A stretch of 63,738 nt of DNA, the filler included, from Chiloscyllium plagiosum (lineage: Eukaryota): the NCBI RefSeq assembly GCF_004010195.1. It is 4 parts of one record of this genome, joined end to end, with 100 filler letters (N's around TTAATTAATTAA, not from the genome) between each part and the next. Parts side by side here need not be neighbours in the genome. Positions count along the whole stretch, not along the records: positions 1 to 20,188 come from NC_057712.1; positions 20,289 to 34,063 come from NC_057712.1; 2 more parts are not named here. One strand, written 5' to 3'. A program made the translations under genes and the position numbers. Position 1 is the first letter of the stretch; each line of letters begins with the position of its first letter. Of this stretch, positions 11,517-24,320 are shown in pieces. The notes under the pieces were generated by a model, which made no database searches, had not been told where the DNA came from, and saw only the letters and a list, made by a program, of their open reading frames with translations.

Positions 11517-12099
11517 GTTAGTCCTTCACAGGGTTGGGCTGTGTTTCAGAAGGGGAGGCTCAGGAATGGCCTGGTATTGGGGAGGGGAGGCAGGGTCACA
11601 CCCAAGAGCTTGGGGATGATTGGGCCAATACACCGTGTAAGGAACACAGAAAAGGCTGGTGAATCGGGGGAACTGTCTGCTGCAGAGAGCTGTGGAGACC
11701 AGGTCAGTGAGTCTCTTTCAGATAGACCGATCCTTCCAAGTCAGGGGATCAAGGGGGGACAGGGAGGAGGCAGGCGAACAGGCCAGCCTTGATCCAGTGA
11801 TGCAGCAGACTCCACGGGCTGAATAGCCCCATTTCTGCTGCTATACCGCCTGGTCACCTGCTCGGTCCTCTGTGAGCCCCTCCCCATCCCGACTTAGAAA
11901 TATCTCCCCGTTCCCCCACCGTCACTGGGTCCGAATCCTGGAATTCCCTCCCTCAGGGACATTGTGGGTCTACCCACAGCACACGGACTGCAGTGGGTCA
12001 GGAAGGCAGCTCATCCCCCCTTCTCCAGGGGGCAACTAGGGACAGGGGCAGGAAATGCAGCTCAGCCCTACCTTGACCAGACAATAACTGACTACTGGG

Positions 12100-13219
12100 T
12101 GTGTGTGTCCGCTCAGTGAGTGACCGTTAGCTGTGTGTGTCTGCTCGGTGAGTGACCATTAGCCATGTGTCCGCTCGGTGTCTGACCGTTAGCCGTGTGA
12201 CCGCTCAGTGAGTGACTGTTAGCCGTGTGCCCGCTCGGTGAGTGACCGCTCGGTGAGTTACCGTTAGCCGTGTGCCCGCTCGGTGAGTGACCATTAGCCA
12301 TGTGTCCGCTTGGTGTCTGACCGTTAGCCGTGTGACCGCTTGGTGAGTGACTGTTAGCCGTGTGCCCGCTCGGTGAGTGACCGCTCGGTGAGTTACCGTT
12401 AGCCGTGTGACCGCTCGGTGAGTTACCGTTAGCCGTGTGCCCGCTCGGTGAGTGACCGTTAGCCGTGTGACCACTCGGTGAGTGTCCATTAGCTGTGTGT
12501 CCACTCGGTGAGTGACCGTTAGCCGTGTGCCTGCTCGGTGAGTGACCGTTAGCCGTGTGACCACTCGGTGAGTGCCCATTAGCTGTGTGTCCACTCGGTG
12601 AGTTACCGTTAGCCGTGTGTCCACTCAGTGAGTGACCGCTAGCCGTGTGACCGCTCGGTGTCTGTCCGTTAGCCGTGTGTCCGCTCGGTGTCTGACCGTT
12701 AGCCATGTGACCGCTCGGTGAGTGACCGTTAGCCGTGTGCCCGCTCGGTGAGTGACCGTTAGCCGTGTGCCCACTCAGTGAGTGACCGTTAGCCGTGTGT
12801 CCGCTCGGTGAGTGACCATTAGCCATGTGCCCGCCCGGTGAGTGACCATTAGCTGTGTGCCCACCCGGTGAGTGACCGTTAGCTGTGTGCCCGCTCGGTG
12901 AGTGACCATTAGCCGTGTCCGCTCGGTGTCTGATCGTTAGCCATGTGACTGCTCGATAAGTGACCGTTAGTAGTGTGACCGTTAGCCGTGTGCCCGCACG
13001 GTGAGTGACCGTTAGCCGTGTGCCTGTCCGGTGAGTGACCGTTAGCTGTGTGCCCGCTGGGTGAGTGACCGCTCGCCGTGTGACCGCTCAGTGAGTGACC
13101 GTTGGCCGTGTGACCGCTCGGTGAATGACCGTTAGCCGTGTGACCGCTCGGTGAGTGACTGTTAGCCAGGTGCCCGCCCGGTGAGTGACTGTTAGCCGTG
13201 TGACCGCTCGGTGAGTGAC
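12100..13219. repeat. CpG-rich 30-bp minisatellite (GTGAGTGACCGTTAGCCGTGTGCCCGCTCG) with 15-bp half-units
   Basis: Tandem array visible directly; it runs into an N gap. Confidence 0.95.
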
Positions 13220-13851
13220 NNNNNNNNNNNNNNNNNNNNNNNNNNNNNNNNNNNNNNNNNNNNNNNNNNNNNNNNNNNNNNNNNNNNNNNNNNNNNNNNN
13301 NNNNNNNNNNNNNNNNNNNNNNNNNNNNNNNNNNNNNNNNNNNNNNNNNNNNNNNNNNNNNNNNNNNNNNNNNNNNNNNNNNNNNNNNNNNNNNNNNNNN
13401 NNNNNNNNNNNNNNNNNNNNNNNNNNNNNNNNNNNNNNNNNNNNNNNNNNNNNNNNNNNNNNNNNNNNNNNNNNNNNNNNNNNNNNNNNNNNNNNNNNNN
13501 NNNNNNNNNNNNNNNNNNNNNNNNNNNNNNNNNNNNNNNNNNNNNNNNNNNNNNNNNNNNNNNNNNNNNNNNNNNNNNNNNNNNNNNNNNNNNNNNNNNN
13601 NNNNNNNNNNNNNNNNNNNNNNNNNNNNNNNNNNNNNNNNNNNNNNNNNNNNNNNNNNNNNNNNNNNNNNNNNNNNNNNNNNNNNNNNNNNNNNNNNNNN
13701 NNNNNNNNNNNNNNNNNNNNNNNNNNNNNNNNNNNNNNNNNNNNNNNNNNNNNNNNNNNNNNNNNNNNNNNNNNNNNNNNNNNNNNNNNNNNNNNNNNNN
13801 NNNNNNNNNNNNNNNNNNNNNNNNNNNNNNNNNNNNNNNNNNNNNNNNNNN

Positions 13852-14368
13852 TCTCTCTCTCTGTCTCTCTCTCTGTCTCTCTCTCTGTCTCTCTCTCTGT
13901 CTCTCTCTCTGTCTCTCTCTCTGTCTCTCTCTCTGTCTCTCTCTCTGTCTCTCTCTCTGTCTCTCTCTCTGTCTCTCTCTCTGTCTCTCTCTCTGTCTCT
14001 CTCTCTGTCTCTCTCTCTGTCTCTCTCTCTGTCTCTCTCTCTGTCTCTCTCTCTGTCTCTCTCTCTGTCTCTCTCTCTGTCTCTCTCTCTGTCTCTCTCT
14101 CTGTCTCTCTCTCTGTCTCTCTCTCTGTCTCTCTCTCTGTCTCTCTCTCTGTCTCTCTCTCTGTCTCTCTCTCTGTCTCTCTCTCTGTCTCTCTCTCTGT
14201 CTCTCTCTCTGTCTCTCTCTCTGTCTCTCTCTCTGTCTCTCTCTCTGTCTCTCTCTCTGTCTCTCTCTCTGTCTCTCTCTCTGTCTCTCTCTCTGTCTCT
14301 CTCTCTGTCTCTCTCTCTGTCTCTCTCTCTGTCTCTCTCTCTGTCTCTCTCTCTGTCTTTTCCTGTCG

Positions 14369-14401
<33 letters not shown>

Positions 14402-14425
14402 TCTTTTCCTGTCGCTCTCTCTCTC
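13852..14425. repeat. (CTGTCTCTCTCT)n / (CT)n microsatellite
   Basis: Near-perfect 12-bp periodicity. Confidence 0.97.
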
Positions 14426-14479
14426 AAGAAGCCACAGAAAGTCAAGCAAGGGCTTGGAGGGACCTTGGCTATGAATTGC

Positions 14480-15338
14480 CAAAAGCCAGTGTTTGGGAAT
14501 GGAGTGGATAACAGGGAATGTTAATGGAGTGTAAACGTTCGGTTCACCTTGGGGACTTAGCAGAGAACGGTCTGAAAGGTTTGGGTTTGTTATCTCAGCA
14601 GGAGAGACAGGCACTGGAGGGGGTCCCTGAAAAGGTTCATTCACCTGATCCCGGGTCTGCACGGACTGATAAGGAAGTGGCAGGTGGAATAGGGAGAGGT
14701 TTTACACTTTGGTCGGAAGAATAGAGCAGTGGACTATTCCCTAAACGGGGAAAGGCTTCAGAAATCGAAAGCAGATCCTTGGGAGTCCTGGTTCAGGATT
14801 CTCTTCAGGTGAACAGGCAGGTTCAGTTGGCAGGTAGGAAGGCAAATGTAATGTTAGTGTTAATTTCCAGAGGGTTCCAATACAAGAGCGGGGATGTACT
14901 GCTGAGGCTGGACCAGGCTCTGGTCAGACCACATTTGGAACATTGAGAGCAGTTTTGGGCCCCGTATCTAAGGAAGGACGTGCTGGTGTTGGAGGGAGGA
15001 GGGTCCACAGGGGGGGTTACACGAATGATCCTGGGGATGGAGGGTTTGTCACATGAGGAGCAGCTGAGGACACGGGGTCTGTACTCGATGGGGTTCAGGA
15101 GGATGGAGAGTGGGGGAGGGAAATCTGATTGAAACTTCCAGACCCCTGAGAGACCTGGATCGAGGGGTCATGGAGATGATGTTTCTGCTGTAGGAGAGAC
15201 TGGGACCCGAGGGCACAGCCTCAGGGTGAAGGGACAGAGAGGAGGAAGAATTCCTTCAGCCACAGGGTGGGGTGGGGGGAGTCCGTGGGACTCATTGCTG
15301 CAGAGGGCTGTGGAGGACAAGTCACTGAGTGTGTCCAT

Positions 15339-15373
<35 letters not shown>

Positions 15374-15850
15374 TCTCGAGGAGTAAGGGGATCATGGGGT
15401 ACTGGGAGGAGGCAGGGGATGGGGGTGAAGAAAGATATCAGCCATGATCAAATAGCAGAGCAGACTGAAGGGGCCGAATGGCCTCATTCTACACCAATAT
15501 CTGATGGTTTTATGGAAACATACAAGATTGGTTGGGATCTCTAACCAGGTTAACGTGGGGAGGTTGTTCCACTTGTGTGAGAGTCTGGGACCTGAGGATC
15601 TATTCTCCAAATAAGGATCACAGATTTAAGCCAGAGTCGAGGAGGAATTCCTTTCTCTCCGAAGGGCCTGAATCTGTGGAATTCTTGATCATGGAGAGCT
15701 GGTGAGGCTGGCTCATCCTACTGAAGGCTGAGCAGGAAGGGAAGCATGGGTTATAGGGAAAATGCAAGCAAATGAAGTTGAGGATTATCGGATCAGCAGT
15801 GAGCATGTTGAATGGGGCTGAATGGCCTTCAGCTGCTCTGCGTCATGGTG
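14480..15850 (+). mobile_element. Two decayed CR1 3' fragments
   Basis: Degenerate ALVRPHLE...QFWAPYLRKD motif and two GCCGAATGGCCT-like 3' UTR motifs. Confidence 0.8.
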
Positions 15851-15891
15851 CCTGTGATTGTGACTGTGTATCTGCCTGTTTCTGCCCTCAG

Positions 15892-16096
15892 GCTGTCACC
15901 CTGAACTGTTCTCACAGTTTTTGCTGTCACTGTATCCTGGAGTGGAGGAAGAGGAAGGAGTGGTGTCCAATCTGTAGACAGACGATCCAGACCCAGAGCC
16001 GCTCAGTGGTTCTCGATAACTGCATTGAACGGATGCTGGAGAATCTGAGCGAGGCAATGAGACAGCGCAGGCTCCAACTCCTGAAACAGCGGAAAG
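15892..16096 (+). CDS. RNF8: RNF8 RING-domain exon
   Basis: A 205-nt exon, cctcag|GCT...AAAG|gtgagc, encoding AVTLNCSHSFCCHCILEWRKRKEWCPICRQTIQTQSRSVVLDNCIERMLENLSEAMRQRRLQLLKQRK. It matches human RNF8 AVTLNCAHSFCSYCINEWMKRKIECPICRKDI...LVLDNCINKMV (recalled). Confidence 0.95.
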
Positions 16097-16774
16097 GTGA
16101 GCACAGCAGGTGGATGTCACACACTCGGTCACTCGGTCTCAGTGGGGAAATAAACCAGGCAACAGCTCCTTACTACAGCTGGGAAAGTATAGGACTCATT
16201 CTTCATCTCCCAGGCTTGGCTCGTGTTACTGAAAAAGATGCTGAACTGTCATGGCCTTTTCAAATGGGAAAGCAAGCAGATTGAGTCTGATTGGTCAGTG
16301 AAGGACTATCACTTGTATTGTTCAGTTAAAACAGGCTCTCATGGTGTGTGGGCGCACTCATGGTGTCAAGAAACAGCAAGGCTGGTGAGGACACATCTGC
16401 CCATTTCCAGACTCTGCCCCTTCCAATATGCATTCACCTCTTGGGGATAACCTCACATTTATCCACATTATCCTGCATCTGCCATGTATTTTCCCCACTC
16501 CCTCAGCCTGTCCAAATCCCACTGAGACATCTCCGCATGCTCCTCACAGCTCACCCTCCCACCCAGCTTTGTGTGAAGCCAGCCCCTCGTGTTTCACAGG
16601 GAGGGATTAGCTTTGATAGAGGATAGATTTCAAAAACACATTCCTGGAGATGCTGAGCAACTCTAGCAGCATCTGTGGACAGCTCCCAGTTTTTAAAAAA
16701 AAAGTCAGAAAGGACGCTAAACATTAGAATGTAGCATGCACAATACACAAGACATTGCAAAAATGATGGCCTCC

Positions 16775-17490
16775 ACTTCCACTGGATCAATACCACCCTC
16801 CCTACGCCAGTCCCCCTTCCACTGGATCAATACCACCCTCCCTACGCTAGTCCCCCTCCCTCTGGATCAATACCACCCTCCCTACGCCAGTCCCCCTTCC
16901 ACTGGATCAGCACCACCCTCCCTACGCTAGAGCACCACCCTCCCTACGCCAGTCCCCCTCCCTCTGGATCAGCACCACCCTCCCTATGCCAGTCCCCCTC
17001 CCTCTGGATCAGCACCACCCTCCCTACGCTAGAGCACCACCCTCCCTACGCCAGTCCCCCTCCCTCTGGATCAGCACCACCCTCCCTACGCTAGAGCACC
17101 ACCCTCCCTACGCCAGTCCCCCTCCCTCTGGATCAGCACCACCCTCCCTACGCTAGAGCACCACCCTCCCTACGCCAGTCCCCCTCCCTCTGGATCAGCA
17201 CCACCCTCCCTACGCTAGAGCACCACCCTCCCTACGCCAGTCCCCCTCCCTCTGGATCAGCACCACCCTCCCTACGCTAGAGCACCACCCTCCCTACGCC
17301 AGTCCCCCTTCCACTGGATCAGCACCACCCTCCCTACGCTAGTCCCCCTCCCTCTGGATCAGCACCACCCTCCCTACGCCAGTCCCCCTCCCTCTGGATC
17401 AGCACCACCCTCCCTATGCCAGTCCCCCTCCCTCTGGATCAGCACCACCCTCCCTACGCCAGTCCCCCTCCCTCTGGATCAGCACCACCC
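16775..17490. repeat. C-rich 40-bp minisatellite with interspersed ~22-bp sub-units
   Basis: Repeats of CAGCACCACCCTCCCTACGCCAGTCCCCCTCCCTCTGGAT and AGCACCACCCTCCCTACGCTAG. Confidence 0.95.
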
Positions 17491-18919
17491 TCTAGATTAG
17501 CAGGAAGGACAGGAAGCAAGTAGTGACAGACATTTAAGGAGATAATCTGTGACCCTTGGCAAAAATACATCCCTGGAAGTAGGAAGGATTCTCCAAGAGA
17601 GATAAACCAACCAGGGCTAACCAAGGAAGTTAAGAGGAGTATTAGGTTGTGAGAAAATCCAGATAAGGAGACAAAAGCTATTGCTAGCCCTGAAGACAGA
17701 GATAAATTCTGAATCCAGTGGTGGGGGGGGGGGGGGGGCACTAATTGGATAATAAAGAGAAATGTAAATAACAAGGCAAACCGGTGAAAAATATCAGAGC
17801 TTCTGGAAATATAGAGAGAGATCAAAGTGAACGCAGGCCCCTTTGAATCTGGGAGATCGTTATGGGGACAAGGAAATGGCAGGGGAGTTTTACCGATCTT
17901 TTCTCAGTCTTTCTGGTGGAAGGTACTGGGGTTATTCCCTTATTACTGAAGATACAGGAATGGGATGAAGCACCATTACTAGACAGGGAGTGCCAAACAA
18001 ACTGCTGGAGAAGTCCAGGGCTCTGCGGTGTCTTCATTCTTGCCTTTATGTAATCTTTAACTCCCTTGCTGAGCCATGGATGATATTCTCCCCCACCTTA
18101 CAATCCTCCTTCCTTTCTGGAGAAATTGAGTATCCCCTTAACCATCTGTCACGGCTCATCACCTGACCTACCTTATTGTCTTCCTGCCCAGATCTGTCCT
18201 CGTGTCTATGTAATTACCTTCATTTCACTGCAGTTTGTCACGCTGCAGCTGAGTTTGAACTTCCTGCATGGCCAGTGAACATCCACTCATCCCCCCTCCA
18301 TACACACCGCCCACTACGCCCTGAATGGACTGCTCTTTGGTTGGCTCCATGAAACAATCCCTTCCTTCAGTTAGATTAATCCACTCCATATACACATTGA
18401 AATCAATGGTAATTGCTCTATTAGAAGCCCCCAGTATTTCCTGTTTTATACTGTCCCTCACTGTGAGACTATAGTTTGGCTACCTATAGATTCCTCCGGC
18501 TACGGACGCCTTTCCCTTAACCTCTGGTACTGATCCTGTTTCTCATGGCAAAGCGACACCACCTCGACCTCCTTCCTGCCACTCCTTCTGAAACATTGAA
18601 TACCGTTGGAGATGCAATTCCCCAGCCTGGTCTCCCTGCACCCACTGAATCAGAGTCAGTTCTCTCTCGTGGTGCTGTGAACTCCTGAACTTTACTCTGG
18701 ATGCTTCATGCCTTCAGATGCAGAGCCATCAAGTTGGTTCAACTGTCACTTTTCCCGAGTCTTGGACGACTCCTCAGTGTACTATGACAACTCTAGCTCT
18801 GCAATTCACCAGGCCTCCAGTCCCAGCCTGATTGACTGGAACAGCTCCCTCCTTCCCCAGTACTGGGGCCAAGGTCCTGTGCATTTGAATCAGTTTCTCC
18901 CACATCAGCCGAGACGCAA

Positions 18920-19270
18920 TTAGCTCGTGGCTCAGCTGGTAATCCAGAGATGATGACCTTTTTGGTTTTGGTTTCTAATTTAGTCCCTCACTGCTCATAT
19001 TCCCTCAGCAGAAACTCTTTCCTCTCCCTCCCGATATCGTTGGTACCCACATGGACCACGATAACTGAATCTTTCCCCTCCCACTCCCAGGTTCCTCTGC
19101 AGCCCAGATGGGATATCCTGAACCTGGCACCAGGCAGGCAACACGCCCTTCGGGACCCTTGGTCCTGGTCACAGAGGACAGTGTCTATTCCCCTGACTAC
19201 ACTGTCCCCGATTACAGCTACATTTCTCTGATCCTCCCCCCGCCCTTCAATGGTTCCCCTCCGTACCATG
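18920..19270 (-). mobile_element. CR1 ORF1 esterase fragment
   Basis: VAVIGDSVVRGID...CCLPGAR...VVHVGTNDIG. Confidence 0.88.
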
Positions 19271-19279
19271 TTGCTATGG

Positions 19280-20188
19280 TCATAGAACAGTACAGCACAG
19301 TACAGGCCCTTTGGCCCTCAATGTTGTGCTGACCTTTTATCCTACTCTAAGATCAGACTAACCTACATACCCTTCACTTTACTATCATCCATGTACCTAT
19401 CCAAGAGTCACTTAAATGTCCCCAATGTCTCTGACTCTACTCCCACTGCTGGCAGTGCATTCCACTCTGTGTAGAGAACCAACCTCTGACATCTCCCCTA
19501 AACCTTCCCCCAATCACCTTAAAATGATACCCCCTGGCGATGGCCATTTCTGCCCAGGGAAAAAATCTCTGGCTATCCACTCTATCTATGCCTCTCATCA
19601 TCTTGTACGTCTCTATCAAGTCACCTCTCATCCTTCACTTGAATGAGAAAAACCCTAGCTCCCTCAACCTTTCTTCATAAGACACACCCTCCAGTCCAGG
19701 CAGCATCCAGGTAAATTCCCTCTGCACCCTCTCTAAAGCTTCCACATCCTTCCTATAATGAGGCGACCAGAACTGAACACAATGTTCCAAATGTGGTCTA
19801 ACTCGGGCTTTATCGAGCTGCAGCATAATCTCGCAGCTCTTAATCTCAATCCCCCTGCTAATGAAAGCCAACACACCGTGAACCTTCTTAATAACTCTAT
19901 CAACTTGGGTCGCAACTTTGAGGGATCTATGGACATGGACTCTAAGATCCCCCTGTTCCTCCACACTGTCAAGAATCCTGTCTTTAACCCCGTATTCTGT
20001 ATTCAAATTCGACCTTCTAAAATGAATCACTTCACACTTTTCCAGGTTGAACTCCATCTGCCACTTATCGGCCCAGTTCTGCATCCTGTCAATGTCCCAT
20101 TGCAAGCTACAACAGCCCTCCACACTATCCACAACTCCTCCAACCTTTGTGTCATCAGCAAACTTACTAACCCACCTTCCACTTCCTC
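19280..20188 (-). mobile_element. CR1 LINE 3' region
   Basis: WQMEFNLEKCEVIHF, VRPHLEHCVQFWSP, RGDLIETYK and a 3' tail. Confidence 0.9.
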
Positions 20189-20288
20189 NNNNNNNNNNNN
20201 NNNNNNNNNNNNNNNNNNNNNNNNNNNNNNNNTTAATTAATTAANNNNNNNNNNNNNNNNNNNNNNNNNNNNNNNNNNNNNNNNNNNN

Positions 20289-20540
20289 GTTTTGGAACTG
20301 GTCCTCCTGGGAGCAGATGCGGCGGAGACGAAGGAATTGGGAATATGGGATGGTGTTTTTACAGGGGGCAGGGTGGGAGGAGGTGTAGTCCAGGTAGCTG
20401 TGGGAGTCGGTCGGTTTATAGTAAATGTCCGTGTCGATTCGGTCGCCTGAGATAGAAATAGAAAGGTCGAGGAAGGGGAGGGAGGAGTCTGAGACGGTCC
20501 AGGTGAATTTGAGGTCGGGGTGGAAGGTGTTGGTCCATTT
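20289..20540 (-). mobile_element. Penelope-like RT C-terminal fragment (Neptune-like)
   Basis: FHPDLKFT...LPFLDL...TDIYYKPTDSHSYLDYTSSHP...IPYSQFLRLRRICS. Confidence 0.9.
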
Positions 20541-20544
20541 GTTG

Positions 20545-22100
20545 CCAAGGAAGGCCAATTGGAGTCAGAGGCTGAACTGGATGGGAGATCTCCTGAACTT
20601 GATGGGAGGTTTCTCCATGATATAGTCAGGAGCAATACATATGGTCATAGTTTCCTCCACAAACAAGGCTATGGAAACAGGCAGATCACATACTGCCCAG
20701 GTCAAAGGGCACAGTCACCTCAGGAGAGGAGTTTTCAAATAAATCAGTCCAATGATGAGGAATTGATGTAGCTAAATTGTGTCACTGGTCCTACAGTGGC
20801 CCCAATTAAGATAAAACCCCAGGGAAATGGCCACCCCCTAGACACAGAGGTAGATAAGGGCACTACTGTATCTGTTGCCCACCTTGAGGAGACGCTGATG
20901 GGGTTCTTGCCTTTAAGCCTGTGGGATACCAAGGTTAGACTGGCCGCATGCACTGGGGAGCCCTGGATTATTATCGGGGCCATGGGTTATGTCGAGGTAA
21001 CAGACAGTCTGACTCTCCTTACCGGTGGTACAAGGACCAGGTCCCAACCTTTTAGGGGAGGGACCGGCTCTAGAAAATTTGTCTGGATTGGCAACAGCTT
21101 TTGAAAATGAGTCGTAGTGATCGATGTGAAGCCTTTGGGAAGTGCCCTGAATTATTTCAAGAGGGCTTTGGGAAGATAAAAGCCATCAGGGCCAAGATTT
21201 ATGTAATCCCAGAGGCCCAACCTAAATACTTCAAGGCACAATCAATTCTCAGTGCCCTATGTTCCAGAGGAACAATCAATTCACAGTGCCCTATGTTTCA
21301 GAGGAATAATCAATTCACAGTGCCCTATGTTCCAGAGGAGAGGCTAAATTGGCATCTTATTCCCAGTACCCCCAGTTGACAAATTGGACTGTCTCTGTGA
21401 GGGTTTGAGTTGATGGTAAACAGCACTTACAACGGAGTCAGTTCGCCTTTGCCATGCATGGAAAGCTGGCTGGGATCTACATACTTTCAAAATTGAGTAT
21501 GAGCCACACGTACCTCCAGCTGGAGCCTGAGGGGTCATCCAGAGAGCACATCCCTATAAATACTCACAAGGACAGGATAAGTACATACATCTGGAAACAG
21601 CTGGTTCGATGGCTCTCTGGACATTGGGATCTGGATCGGTCTGTAGCGATATCATGCATGAGTACACTCGTTTGCCCTTCAGGGGTGGTGCCATCTTTCC
21701 AAGTGTGTGGGTGAACATTCTCCAATAGTTCCCAGAGTGGCAGCCTGCCTGGATGACATTTTAACCTCTGCAGAGCTACGACAGAGGAACAGGAGGAGAG
21801 TTTGGAGGAGGTCTTATCACGTTCCTCTGAGGCTGGCATTACGCTAAAAGGGGGACAACCTGTATCCCAGGGAAATGAGGCAATGTACCTGAGGTACGGA
21901 GTCAACAATCTCAGACCATATGCTGTCCAAGAGACAGTGAAAGCCAGAAAAAGGCCCTCCAACTCTGAGGAATGTAACAGAGTTGAAGATTTTCTTGGTC
22001 TCAAAGATTACTAGGGAGAGACGCTACTCATGTAAGGAACTTTGATCATGGCTGTGCTGGAATCCTGGGAGTTATCCTTAAAAATACATGAACAGTATTG
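20545..22100 (+). mobile_element. Decayed Gypsy/Ty3 pol (protease and RT)
   Basis: PIKIK..NGHPLDTEVDKGTTVSV (decayed DTGA), LFQEGFGKIKAIRAKIYV..AQPKYFKA, SKLSMSHTYLQLE...INTHK and EEVLSRSSEAGITLK. A 35-bp triplication lies at about 21240-21340. Confidence 0.75.
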
Positions 22101-22526
22101 TACCTGGTTAAAACCAGGCAGGACCCTTCCACAGGAGCGATCGTTTACCATGGACACGTGCTCTACAGTGACCTCTCAACGGTCTTCATGGAAGTGAGTT
22201 CGCACACTTTATAAACCCCTGACCAGTCCTGCAACGGCACAGGCATGGGGCCAAGGGCAAATCAGTACAAAGACCCCATCGGAATGGGGGGGGGGGACCC
22301 TCAGAATCAGGGCGGAGGATTGTGACAATCTCTACAGAGGAAATCACGAGTCCTTCTCCCTGTGGAGCCTGTTGGCCAGTGGTTTCTGGGCCAATCAGAT
22401 ATTTGCGAGCAAGGCCATATGCGTACACTGAACCATCAAAAGGGGGGAGGGGGGGGAGGGGTGGTCAGGTTTTTTTTTAAAAAAGCTCCACTTTATGGCT
22501 TTCACTTTCTCTTGGACGGTATGCAA

Positions 22527-22680
22527 TCAGAGTGGTGCTGGAAAAGCACAGCAGGTCAGGCAGCATCCGAGGAGCAGGAGAATCGACGTTTCGGGCATAA
22601 ACCCTTCATCAGGAATGAGGCAGGAAGCCTCTGGGGTGGAGAGAGAAATGGGAGGAGGTGGGGCTGGGGAGAAGGTCGCT
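22527..22680 (-). mobile_element. Penelope terminal repeat with hammerhead core at 22585-22612
   Basis: Minus strand CTGATGA-A-GGGT-TTAT-GCCC-GAAAC-GTC. Confidence 0.8.
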
Positions 22681-23419
22681 GTTAATCTGTTCCTGTCAAC
22701 TCTGGACCTCAGAGTTACCACGTTTCGTGGAATCTGCTGGAAGCTGTTTTTATTGATCACTGTCTTTGGAATTCAAGCAAAGACGATCCTATGTGTCTGT
22801 AATTCAACTCAATGTTCAGAAAGGCTTGGTACTCACCACTGTTATCAAATTGGAGAATTATAATTTGCTTGAATGTCCCTGCCTGTCTGTCAACATGTGA
22901 GTAGGGGTTCTGATCGAAGAAGGGCAGAGACAGAAATGAAATTACCTTGTTGTTTGCTGCGCTAAACTTACAGCATTGATAAGAAATTGCCAACTTTTAT
23001 TTAAGCCACAAACTTGTTATTCGTAAATTCTGGTTCGGATGAGTCGGGAACGTTTGCGGATTATTGAACGTTTTCGTTTCACTCGTGTTGTGAATCCAGT
23101 GAGAGTGAGGCTGATTGAGTTTGCCTTGCTGTCCCTGTGTTGTTACAGTTGTAAGAAAGATGAATCAGCATCATACCGATCCCCCCTCAGACAGAGGCAA
23201 CGGTGGTGAGTTTAACCTCAGGGTTCACCTTGCCACAGGCGAGGGTCGAAAAGGTGGGATCTTCCAGTGCGGGAATTGAATCCACTTTGTTGATATCTCT
23301 CTGCATCTCTAACTAAGCCATCAGGGTCTTGCAGCTAAAGTACAACAGCGTTCTGTAAGTGTAAACAATAGCTTGCATAAGTAAGAAATGCCTTTGAGTT
23401 TGTTGGAACCTTTGGGTAA

Positions 23420-24320
23420 GCTTTCCATTCCTGGGAACCATTCTCGTGAACCTCCTCTGAACACACTCTAGGGCCAGTACATCCTCCCTGTGATATGGGG
23501 CCCAAAACTGCACACAATATTCCAAATGTGGTCTGACCAGAGCCTTACAGAGTCTCAGAAGTACATCCCTGCTTTTATATTCAAGTCCTCTCAAAATAAA
23601 TGCCATCATTGCATTTGCCTTCCTAACTACTGACTCAATTGCAAGGTTACCTTGAGAGAATCCTGGACTAGAACTCCCAAGTCTCTTTGCACTTCAGCCT
23701 TCTGAATTTTCTCTGCTTTAGAAAATAGTCCCTCCTTCTATTCTTCCTACCAAAATGCATGACCTCCCACTTTCCCACGTTGTACTCCATCTGCCACTTC
23801 TTTTCCCACTCTCCTAACGTGTTCAAATCCTTCTGCAGCCTCCCCACCTCCTCAATGCTACCTGTCCCTCTACCTGTCTTTCAATCATCTAGCTAACATA
23901 GCCAGAATGCCCTCAGTTCCTTCATCTAGATCATTAATGTATAAAGCGAAAAGTTGTGGTCCCAACACTGAGCCTTGCCGAACGCCACTTGGCACCAGCT
24001 GCCATTTTGAGAAGGTCCCCTTTATCCCCACTCACTGCTTTATGACAGCCAGCCCAGCTTCTCTCCATGCTAGCAACTGGGCCCTTATCTTACCCAGCAG
24101 CCTCCTGTGTGGCACCTTGTCAAAGTCCAGGTCCTTGAAGTTCAGGTAAATAACATCCATTGGCTCCCCTTGGTCTAACCTTGGTACTTCCTCAAAGAAC
24201 TCTAGCAGACTTGTCAGGCGTGACCTCCCCTTGATGAAACCATGCTGACTCGGCACTATTTTACCACACACTTCCATGGTTTCAGAAATCTTATCCTTCA
24301 CAATGGATTCCAGGATCTTC
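23420..24320 (-). mobile_element. CR1 RT fragment
   Basis: SQHGFIKGRSRLTSL, FDKVPHRRL and LVRPHLEYCVQFWAP. Confidence 0.88.

Noticed and set aside
12113..12826. 237-aa repetitive ORF
   Set aside because: Translation of a minisatellite on the strand opposite an RNF8 intron.
13088..14662. Long ORFs with (RETE)n/(LSLC)n and X runs; similar ORFs at 7564-8434, 44741-45496 and 61033-62001
   Set aside because: Products of microsatellites and N gaps.
20233..20244. TTAATTAATTAA island inside N runs (also 34108-34119 and 43018-43029)
   Set aside because: An identical six-frame-stop 12-mer centred in 100-nt gaps is a scaffolding spacer, not biology.
23149..23210. Possible RNF8 exon after ttgttacag
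   Set aside because: It overlaps what looks like an antisense tRNA-SINE remnant (GGGAATTGAATCC B-box on the minus strand) and has no homology support.
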